Below, piece by piece: positions 39,601-51,600 of a stretch of DNA of 64,000 nt. The notes beneath the pieces were generated by a model. The model made no database searches and was not told the origin of the DNA. It worked only from the letters and a program-made list of their open reading frames with translations. How positions within the stretch are numbered: the first letter of the stretch is position 1; each line of letters starts with the position of its first letter. A program made the translations under genes and the position numbers. Source of the stretch: Macrostomum hystrix (Eukaryota > Animalia > Platyhelminthes); NCBI GenBank assembly GCA_950097015.1, contig CATNEN010000025.1, forward strand, positions 310,001-374,000. Direction: 5' to 3'.

Positions 39601-42600
39601 TCTTCCGAAAGAAAGAATCAGCCCGAGAATCTTCCGAAAGAAAGAATCAGCCCGAGAATCTTCCGAAAGAAAGAATCAGCCCGAGAATCTTCCGAAAGAA
39701 AGAATCAGCCCAAGAATCTTCCACGAGAAAGAATCAGCCCAAGAATCTTCCACGAGAAAGAATCAGCCCAAGAATCTTCCGAAAGAAAGAATCAACCCAA
39801 GAATCTTCGAAAAGAAAGAATCAGCCCAAGAATCTTCGACAAGAAAGAATCAGCCCAAGAATCTTCGACAAGAAAGAACCGCCTGAGAATCTTCCTGAGA
39901 AGGCAGGCAGGGAGGCCCCAGACCTCGTGGGGATTCCCTAGCACGAAAAAAGTTTCTCTTGATGATGGAGCTCGAGGGAGAGAAATGGGCAGCCCACAGT
40001 CCCGCTCTGTCCCGATTTACTCCGAGCTGATCCCGCCCACGCTGTCCCCTGACCATTGCGGCATAATTGCGGCATTAAGCTCGTCGATGGCCCGCATCAG
40101 CATATATAAGAGTTCACATACATGCATGTGAAAGCATCTGAGAGCTTTGACTAGAGCTGTGTGTTGGTCCCTGATCTGGGCTTGTCTAACTTAGTCACAA
40201 AGCAATTGTCATCAAGGATCAATTAGATTATCCCCCTCTCATCCTCTTTTGACTAGCGATCTCCCACTGGGAACTGGTGACCAGATGATAATAGTCTTGC
40301 TGACTGAAATCACAATTGCCGCTTTGATTTTGACCCAGGATGTCTGATAATAATTGACAGAGAATCTGGGTGGACAATAGACGATTTATTGCTGTCACAC
40401 TGGCCCAACATTTTGTTTTTTTAGTGACGGTCACTCGTCAGTTGTACCTACGGGACTGAGTGACAGAGCGGTTAACGGCGTTTGCCTCTCGCACCAAGGT
40501 CGATTCCGCGGCGAGGCCACATTCATTTGGGGCGAAGTTGTGTAATTTACGCCCTTAACAGTATAGCGAGGTCTTTCTACTGTTAAGGGCCAACCTCCTT
40601 GGCTAAGTCAAAGACACACCTGTGTGAGCATAGTGCCTGCGTACAGTATCAGTTTCACAACATTCAGGTGGCTGTCCGTGAAGAACTGGCTGGTGCACAA
40701 GAAGCGCAAGGTGGAGCCGGCACCGCAGCGCACCTGGCGCCAGTACTGGGTCTGCCTGAAGGGCAGCGTTCTGCTGTTCTACAAGACCAACGAGCAGGAC
40801 CCGGCTGACAAGCCAGTGGCGCGGCACTCACTCAGTGAGCACCTGGAAGCTTATCTACTGTGCTGAATGACTTCAGGATGCTGAATGACTTCAGGATGCT
40901 GAATGACTTCAGGATGCTGAATGACTTAAGAATGCTGAATGACTTCAGGATGCTGAATGACATCAGGGTGATGAGTGACTTCAGGAGGCTGAATGCCTTC
41001 AGGATGGAAGCTACAGGAAAATCATAATAAAACTTTAGGATACAGACTGAAACTTCAGGATAGAGAGTGAAACTTCAGAATAGAGAGTGAAAATTCATGT
41101 TAGAGAATGAAATTTCAGGATTGAGAGTGAAACTTCAGGATAGAGAATGAAACTTCAGGAGAGTGACTGAAACTTCAGGATAGAGAGTGAAACTTCAGGA
41201 GAGTTAATCAAACTTCAGGAGAGAGACTGAAGCTTCAGGAGAGATAATAAAACTTCAGGAGAGAGACTGAAACTTCAGGAGAGATAATAAAACTTCAGGA
41301 GAGAGACTGAAACTTCAGGAGAGAGAATGAAACTTCAGGATAGAGAATGAAACTTCAGGATAGAGAATGAAACTTCAGGATAGAGAATGAAACTTCAAGA
41401 GAGAGAGTGAAACTTCAGGAGAGATAATAAAACTTCAGGAGAGAGACTGAAACTTCAGGAGAGAGACTGAAACTTCAGGAGAGAGAATGAAACTTCAGGA
41501 TAGAGAGTGAAAATTCAGGATAGAGAATGAAACTTCAGGATAGAGAATGAAACTTCAGGATAGAGAATGAAACTTCAAGAGAGAGAGTGAAACTTCAGGA
41601 GAGATAATAAAACTTCAGGAGAGATAATAAAACTTCAGGAGAGAGAATGAAACTTCAGGATAGAGAGTGAAAATTCAGGATAGAGAATGAAACTTCAGGA
41701 TAGAGAATGAAACTTCAGGATAGAGAATGAAACTTCAGGATAGAGAATGAAACTTCAAGAGAGAGAGTGAAACTTCAGGAGAGATAATAAAACTTCAGGA
41801 GAGAGACTGAAACTTCAGGAGAGAGAATGAAACTTCAGGATAGAGAGTGAAAATTCAGGATAGAGAATGAAACTTCAGGATAGAGAATGAAACTTCAGGA
41901 TAGAGAGTGAAACTTCAAGAGAGAGAGTGAAACTTCAGGAGAGATAATAAAACTTCAGGAGAGAAACTGAAACTTCAGGAGAGAGAATGAAACTTCAGGA
42001 TAGAGAGTGAAAATTCAGGATAGAGAATGAAACTTCAGGATAGAGAATGAAACTTCAGGATAGAGAATGAAACTTCAAGAGAGAGAGTGAAACTTCAGGA
42101 GAGATAATAAAACTTCAGGAGAGAGACTGAAACTTCAGGAGAGAGAATGAAACTTCAGGATAGAGAATGAAACTTCAGGATAGAGAATGAAACTTCAGGA
42201 TAGAGAATGAAACTTCAGGATAGAGAATGAAACTTCAAGAGAGAGAGTGAAACTTCAGGAGAGATAATCAAACTTCGAAATCCTGCCGCAGTCATCGAAG
42301 GCTGCATCGCCCAGGCTCTGCCGGAGCATCCCAAGCGTGAGCACGTGTTCTCCCTGAGCACGGCCTTCGGAGATGCCTTCATGCTGCAGGCGCCCGATGG
42401 AGGCGAGCTGGATAGCTGGGTGACGGCTCTCCACACGGCCTGCGCGTCGCTTTTCGCCAGACAGCACGGCAAGTCGGATACGGTGAAACTGCTTAAGTCT
42501 GAGATCGCCAAGCTGGAGTGCAGCATCGATCTGGTGAGCTGGGCCTGGTTCGAATCTGGAAAACACTGCTTTTGAACTGACATTCAAGGTTAAGCTATCC

Positions 42601-45600
42601 GGCCCTACTTCCAAATGTACACACATTCAAGGTCAAGCTCCTTACCTTCTCCCAACCTTTTTTCCGATGATCCAATTTAACTCCAATTTCAGTTAGCTCA
42701 AAGCCTAAAATTCTGTTTATCTCGCCGTAAAACCCACACAAGCAGTGTTCTTGTAAAGAAATTTATTATTCGTCAAATAGAGAATCGAGATTCTTCAGGT
42801 CTGCAAAGTATCGGACAGAATTAGTCGCTGGCAACTAAGCCGATTGCTTAATTCCCATCATCTCATACCTCCGCTGAGCATGAGAACGAATTAGGCGATT
42901 TGGCACGCCACAAAATCCAATTTCTATCCAAGTCCGGATAGCCTCCCAGCCCACCCGTGGGCATATTGGGAAATTTTGTTTGCCCAGAAAAAAGTGAACC
43001 TCTAGTTAGGGATCTGGCAACAAAATTGAATTAGCCAAATCATGCGATTCCATGGACTTTGACGAATCATTCCGCAATATAACGAACTTTTTGTGCCCAC
43101 CCTAACGTGACGTTCTTACAGTACTTCCCTAGCAAACTACTCTCAGTAGAGTAATCTGAATATAAAGCTTTCATAAATGGTGCGATCGCGAACAGGACAG
43201 CAAAATGAAGATGATGGCCGAGCTGCAGCTGACGGCGGTCAATGACGCCCGCAGTCGCAGCACCATCTGTCGGGACATTCAACAGTGGGAGGAAAACCTG
43301 GAGAGGCTGCACATCGAGCTATACCGTTACAAGTGCTACATGGCCTCGCTACTGGGCAGCGAGCTTCCGAATCCAAAAGTGCGTTTATTGCTATTGTACT
43401 CAACCCATTAGCATCACCCCATCAACACCTCGACGATACCCTGTCTATGCCTTGGCAACGCCTTGGCAACGCCTTGGCAACGCCTTGGCAACGCCTTGGC
43501 AACGCCTTGGCAACGCCTTGGCAACGCCTTGGCAACGCCTTGGCAACGCCTTGGCAACGCCTTGGCAACGCCTTGGCAACTACTTAGGCATGTAAACCCG
43601 GGAAAATCGTAAGCAGTTAACACCATCTGCTCTCCCCGCAGAACACTCTGGCCGGAGCCTCCAAGCCATCCAAGCTGGTGCTGAGCCGCCTGGGCGCCTT
43701 CAGCCTGAGCGCCTTCCACGCGCTGGTCTGTGCCAGGGCGCCGCTAACCACGGCGACGCTGCATCATCGGGCGCGAGTCAGCCACAGACAGGCGGCGGGC
43801 GACGCAGCTGCCGCAGCTGGCGGCACAGGCGGAAGGACTATGGACAAGCGCAACGGCCATCTGCAGCAGCAGCAACAGCAGCAGCAGCAACAGCGTCAGC
43901 CGCATCATCAGTCATCGGCTGTGATGATGTCGCAGAGTAGCGCTTCAATGCCTCGCCAGCCCCAGCAGAGCCAGCAGCAAGCGCCGATGAAGCTGCAGCA
44001 GCCGCAGCCACAGCCGACTATGTCACAGATGAGCCGGGCTAAATCCGAGTTACTCGTACAGCAGCAGCGATCCAGCAGCTCCGGGGTCACCGACAACACG
44101 CCAACCTCCTCTGATCGATCGGCCAGTCGGGCCGCTGCTGCGGCAGCTGCTGCTGCTTCTGTAGCTGCAATCGGCGGACCAATTGCGGGCTGCCAGCAGG
44201 ATACTCTAATTGGCATCCGACTGCCGTCTGGTCAGGTGAGCCGAATCTGGAGATTTTTTGAGTCATTTTATGAGACGTGTGAGCATGACTAGCGGAGAAC
44301 GCTTCATTGGAAATGAACCCCGTCCTGCCCAGACCCTGATGGCAAACGTACAGGAGGGCATGACAGTGCAGGAGATCCTTGAGCTGATCTGTCGCGAGAG
44401 TGAGCTGGATCCAAGGCAGCACTACATCCGATTGAGACTCAGTGAGCACGGCATCGATATTATTCCCGACAACTACACGGTGTTCGAGAACCAGGTAAGT
44501 GGGGCGCAGTCAACCATCTTAAACCTCCGATTTCACAGCGAACCGTAGGAAACTAATACAGAATTTTTACCGAATTGCGAATTGACAGCCAACCCACCTC
44601 CCCAGCCACATCCCAGTTCTAATTGGTCAGTTGTATTTGACAGCCACCCCACCTCCCAGTCACACCCGAGTTCTAATTGGTCAGTTGTATTTGACAGCCA
44701 CCCCACCTCCCCAGCCACATCCCAGTTCTAATTGGTCAGTTGTATTTGACAGCCACCCCACCTCCCAGTCACACCCGAGTTCTAATTGGTCAGTTGTATT
44801 TGACAGCCATCTCACCTCCCCAGCCACTCCTGAGCTCCAATTAGTCAGGTGAAAGTCGTTATGTATGAAGGCCCTGAGCAAATCCTTCAATCCTTCTATA
44901 AATGTGTACCGTTTTTCATGCTTTCGAACTAATTTGCGTACTGGCATGTAGCTAGAAAATCTACTATTTTTTAACAAAAATAATCTTTCGAAACGTAATA
45001 ACGCGATCACAGTACCGTCTTGATACTACACTTGTTACTACTTACCTGCTATTATTTTAAGTGGTTATTTTTCTAATGTGACAATATTGCTGTTGCGAGC
45101 CAACACGAGTGTGCAGCCAATCGAAGAATGCTGACCTTGAAGTGGATGACCTCATGATACTACGAGTATAAATGGCAGCAAAAGGATTTTCTAACGAGAA
45201 GTCCAACTATGTAAAAAAATAAAAAAAACGCAGCTGTTCCTGTAAAAAACAAACTTTTCAATGATATAAATTGGTTTTGTTTTTTTGCTAGAACTGTAAA
45301 AGTTTTCATTTTCTAATTTTAACAAAAAAACTCGTCGCAGAATCTTGTCTGCCCAGACTGCAACCAGGCGGTCAGCATTCGCAGCCAGGACACAGTGCGT
45401 GATCTGTGCAGCTCCATCGCTGACTAGGCTCTGCTAATTGTTTCTGATTGTCATGTTTTCTCTCTGCTTCTTCTTAGAGAGAAGCCAGGCCGGCCCGGGT
45501 TTTTTGTGTTATAATCTTGTGTTTAATTTGCACCACCCCGTCTTCTGGTGTGACAGCCTGGTTTTAGAATTTAGTCCTGTTTGCCTCACAGTGAATGCAA

Positions 45601-48600
45601 CCAACCAAATTTGTACTACTATAGTTACTGTTTAATGTACACTTTCTCATCTCACTTCACTGAGAAATCGATTTGCTACTTACTGTAGAGCACTTGAAAG
45701 AATAACTGGAACTGCTAGACTTTCACTCTATGAGATTTCCTAATTATCCAAGTTGCCATGTTTAGATTCTTGGGAATTATCTTCCATTTAGAAAACTTAC
45801 TTTAGTGAAAACCCTTAGCTGAACTTTCACTAGCATTTTCCCCCTATTTCTTCTACCACCTGGTAAAAAATGCTGTCACTAATTGATGTTCGAGCTATCA
45901 ATTTTTAGTAAGCTCTGGTGTAGAGACACTGATATTGATCATTCATGAAATTATTTCCAAGCACCAAGTTTGATCCCGAATTGGTTTGCAGAGTGCAATA
46001 CAGCTTATCGTAAATTGGTGTGGCAATTTTTACTTATTTTCACCATGTATATATTTGCTCTGTATACTGAAATCCTATGCCACCGAGTAGGCTAAAACTC
46101 GTACCTGAAAACTTGGAAAATAAAGGACAGACAGGTTTACACACGTCCTAAACCAACACTCAATGTAGACACGTCCTAAACCAACACTCAATGTACACAC
46201 GTCCTAAACCAACACTCAATGTTGACACGTCTTAAACCAACACTCAATGTACACACGTCTTAAACCAACACTCAATGTAGACACGTCTTAAACCAACACT
46301 CAATGTACACACGTCCTAAACCAACACTCAATGTAGACACGTCTTAAACCAACACTCAATGTACACACGTCCTAAACCAACACTCAATGTAGACACGTCC
46401 TAAACCAACACTCAATGTAGACACGTCCTAAACCAACACTCAATGTTGACACGTCTTAAACCAACACTCAATGTTGACACGTCTTAAACCAACACTCAAT
46501 GTAGACACGTCTTAAACCAACACTCAATGTTGACACGTCCTAAACCAACACTCAATGTTGACACGTCTTAAACCAACACTCAATGTACACACGTCTTACA
46601 CCAACACTCAATGTACACACGTCTTAAACCAACACTCAATGTAGACACGTCTTAAACCAACACTCAATGTACACACGTCTTAAACCAACACCCAATGTAC
46701 ACACGTCTTAAACCAACACTCAATGTACACACGTCTTAAACCAACACTCAATGTACACACGTCTTAAACCAACACTCAATGTACACACGTCTAAAACCAA
46801 CACTCAATTTACACACGTCCTAAACCAACACTCAATGTAGACACGTCCTAAACCAAGACACAATGTACACACGTCCTAAACCAACACTCAATGTTGACAC
46901 GTCCTAAACCAAATGTTGACACGTCCTAAACCAACACTCAATGTAGACACGTCCTAAACCAACACACAATGTACACACGTCCTAAACCAACACACAATGT
47001 ACACACGTCCTAAACCAACACACAATGTACACACGTCCTAAACCAACACACAATGTACACACGTCCTAAACCAACACTCAATGTTGACACGTCCTAAACC
47101 AACACTCAATGTTGACACGTCCTAAACCAACACTCAATGTTGACACGTCCTAAACCAACACTCAATGTAGACACGTCCTAAACCAACACACAATGTACAC
47201 ACGTCCTAAACCAACACACAATGTACACACGTCCTAAACCAACACTCAATGTTGACACGTCCTAAACCAACACTCAATGTAGACACGTCCTAAACCAACA
47301 CACAATGTACACACGTCTTAAACCAACACACAATGTACACACGTCTTAAACCAACACTCAATGTTGACACGTCCTAAACCAACACTCAATGTTTACACGT
47401 GCTAAACCAACACTCAATGTTGACACGTCCTAAACCAACACTCAATGTACACACGTCCTAAACCAACACTCAATGTAGACACGTCTTAAACCAACACTCA
47501 ATGTACACACGTCTTAAACCAACACTCAATGTTGACACGTCCTAAACCAACACTCAATGTTTACACGTGCTAAACCAACACTCAATGTTGACACGTCCTA
47601 AACCAACACTCAATGTACACACGTCCTAAACCAACACTCAATGTAGACACGTCTTAAACCAACACACAATGTACACACGTCTTAAACCAACACTCAATGT
47701 TGACACGTCCTAAACCAACACTCAATGTTTACACGTGCTAAACCAACACTCAATGTTGACACGTCCTAAACCAACACTCAATGTACACACGTCCTAAACC
47801 AACACTCAATGTAGACACGTCTTAAACCAACACACAATGTACACACGTCTTAAACCAACACTCAATGTTGACACGTCCTAAACCAACACTCAATGTTGAC
47901 ACGTCCTAAACCAACACTCAATGTTGACACGTCCTAAACCAACACTCAATGTTGACACGTGCTAAACCAACACTCAATGTTGACACGTCCTAAACCAACA
48001 CTCAATGTTTACACGTGCTAAACCAACACTCAATGTTGACACGTCCTAAACCAACACTCAATGTACACACGTCCTAAACCAACACTCAATGTAGACACGT
48101 CTTAAACCAACACACAATGTACACACGTCTTAAACCAACACTCAATGTTGACACGTCCTAAACCAACACTCAATGTTGACACGTCCTAAACCAACACTCA
48201 ATGTTGACACGTCCTAAACCAACACTCAATGTTGACACGTCCTAAACCAACACTCAATGTTGACACGTGCTAAACCAACACTCAATGTACACACGTCCGA
48301 AGCAACAATAGCAATAAAAAGAATAACAACAGCATTAGAGAGACTTAGAGAGACGATACCCTAGAGACAAAGTAATTAATAGAAAAGCAAAAATATACTG
48401 CCTATTTAAAAAATGCACAAGAGAATGCCAGTCACTTCTGTTCGCTGTTCGTTAGCTAATTACATTCCAGTTAAAACATCAGCCAAGCATGGGCATGCCA
48501 TTTTGATACAGTCATTATGTGTGGCTGTGGTAATATTTACTAACAAAAAGTCGAAAGTTTATAGAAGTTCTACTCGTATTACTCGCTGTAAAAAATATTA

Positions 48601-51600
48601 GTTATTGAAATTTTGGCACCCTTATCAAAATACTTATTTATAAAACTAACCACACAAGTTAGTACTGAAATACCAGTATTGTCACATTGACTCAGTAATC
48701 TATACACTTAAAATAGTCTGTATTACTATCCTTAATGCCACTTCAGTTTCCTGAATTTTGCCGTTCCCTGATCCCAAAAAGCTTTTAGCGTGTTTCCTCA
48801 TTTGCTGATCCAAAACTGTCTTCCTACTCGTAGTTCCGCATTCAAAATTCCAAAAAGTTCCACTACTAGCTCGTAGTTCTACCTTCATAGTGAATGTCGG
48901 CAGGACCAGTTTTCGTCGATGGAGAATTATCCCAAATTAGTTAGGGGGTCAGTGGCAGAGTGGTCTAACGCGTTTGCCTCTCGCACCAAGGTCCCTGAGC
49001 TCGATTCCGCGGCGAGGCCACATTCATTTGGGGCGCAGCCGCGAAGAGAAGGCTTGGAAGATTTTCGTGAAATTTACGCATTGAGGGCCAACCTCCAAGG
49101 CACAGTGAGAGTGTACACTGCCTGACGGTGCGAAGGTCAGGGCAGTTCACGAAATAATGTGCCATTGCCCACAGCCCTGCTGCAATTGTTATTTATATTA
49201 TCCCCAAATTAGCTGCTACGCAAATATATTCTAATGCAAAGCGTTTCTGACGGAGAAGTGTAAAATCTTCAAACAAGCCCCGCAAAACCCGTCACGCCAG
49301 GAGTTCCAGCTGGCTGAGCTGTGTGAGAAGCAAACCTACCAGTGCCTGCTGCACAAGCGGCCTGGCAGCCGGCACTACGGCATGACGGTGGAGGCCGAGC
49401 TGTGCGAAGACAGCGAGCACCGCGAGGATCTCTGCGTCTTTGTCGCCGAGGTGGACCGGGGCAGCGCGGCCGAGGAGGCCGGCCTGACGGTCGGCGACGA
49501 GATCGTCATGGTGAACGACAGGCCAGTGAGGAAGCTGGACATGGTCTACATCGAGGATTTGTTTGAGAAATCTTCCAGTCTCAACCTGCTGGTCAGGTCG
49601 TGCAGGACCCAGCAACAGCAGCAGCAGCATCATCATCATCACGCACAGACGCGCCATCAGTCGCAGCCTCCGCTATCGACTGCTGCCGTCGCAGCTGCTG
49701 AGTCTCCATCGCCGCCGCCTCCGCCGCCGCCGCTGCTGTTGTCAAGTTCATCAAAGACCCCGCCGCCAAAGCCACCCAGAAGTCGACAAAGCCAGCAACA
49801 GCAGCAGCAACAGCAGCAGCAACCGCAGTCGCCTCAGCCTCCGCAGCCACCGCCACCGCTGCAGGTTCAGCAGCCAAATCTAAATCGTCTCAGTAGTCAC
49901 ATTGTAAGAAAGGTTGAGCCTTCCAATCAGAGGCAGCAGCAACAGCAGCAGCAGCTACAGCCATCACCAACGCTGCCACAGCAGCAGCAGCAGCAGCAGC
50001 CTCAGCGATCACAGCGCAGTGACGGGAATTCACGACTGCAGCAGCTACAACGTCAGGTGAGTTAGATGCCACCCCTTGCTGCCTGACCGTTCAAAACTGA
50101 CCGCTTTAAATTATTTTAAGACAAAGAGAAATCTTTTTTCCCCAGTCACTGCGAAGAGAGACAGCTGGCGGAGTCGTGTTCTTGCCGATTGTAAGAACAA
50201 ATATTTTTAGGAATTTTATAAGTTCAAGTTTTTTAATCTAAAATCGCTTTTGTGAAGTTGTAGGACAGTTTACAAAATCTCATGTTGTGTTTTCTGTAAT
50301 GCTAGATGAAGCCTTCAATATAATTTTATCTACCATCGTATTTTAATCTGTCATGTCATTTTAAACGATATTTGGTTTTCATTTGTGCCACCGTAAATTA
50401 CAAGTATTAACTGTTTTTAATTCAACGCTTTTCTCCGAACTGGCGCTTTGCGAAATCTAACATCAGCCAATATACCAAAAGAATTAGCGCACCAGTGCCG
50501 GTCTGGTTTTTAATAGCCCAGCTTAACCAGCCAATCATAGAATAAACGCACTTGTTGCCATTAGTGTCTGGACAGCCAATAAGAGATAGGGAGGGGCAGA
50601 GAGAGGTTCAAATCAGGCGATTTGTCAAGAAAGGGCAGCCAATTAGAGATGGGGAGATGCAGAGAAGTTCAAATCACGCCATTGGTCGGGAAAAGACAGC
50701 CAATCAGAAATGGGGAGGGGCAAAGAGAGGTTCAAGTCACGCCATTGGTCGAGAAAGGACTGCTAATTAGAGATGGGGAAGGGCAGAGAGAAAGGTTTAA
50801 ATCACGCGCAAGAACCACTAGTTATTACTTTAGTAGTCCTTGATCGCGTCATTGGTCAAGGAGGACAGCCAACGAGAGACTACAAAAGCAGCTTGACGAA
50901 GTCAAGTAGCAAAAATAAAATATAGAGTGACTTCATTTTTTTTACTAGCCAGTAGACAACTGTTTCATTTAATTGAATACACGTCCCGATAAAAATACAC
51001 TACAGCAGCCAATCGCGACTTCTTCATCGCCGGAGACCTCTCACTATCGGCACTCGAACTCGTCCGAGTCCTCGCAGACCAGCTCGCAGTCGTCCCAGTC
51101 CAAGCTGCCAGTTTTCGAGCGCCTGCGTCGAGGAATCTTTGAACTGTTGGAGACTGAACGCACCTATGTTGGCCACCTGCGCAGCCTGTTAGACACCTAC
51201 GTGTTGCCTCTGAGTCGCAGCGTATTTCCCCACCACTCGGAGGTCGGTCAATTGGCAGAGACCACTCAGCAGATTCTTGGCTTCCAGACGGCCTTCCTGC
51301 AGTCTCTAGACGACGCTGTGCGATCGGAGCCTGATTTGACACGGTTCACGGATGCCGGCCAGTTCAGGGTGAGCGCTTTGGGTATTTGATACCCAACTAA
51401 GAACTAAGAACCATTGAGTAGTCAGGATCATTGAGTTGTTAGGGTCATTGAGTTGTCAGGGTCATTGAGTTGTCAGGATCATTGAGTTGTCAGGGTCATT
51501 GAGTTGTCAGGGTCATTGAGTTGTCAGGGTCATTGAGTTGTCAGGGTCATTGAGTTGTCAGGGTCATTGAGTTGTCAGGGTCATTGAGTTGTCAGGATCA

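Noticed and set aside
50946-50972. Strong pyrimidine-rich acceptor (tttttttttactag) as the start of the DH exon
   Set aside because: It leads to an in-frame TAA at 50970 in the required phase, so the acceptor at 51005/51008 was used.
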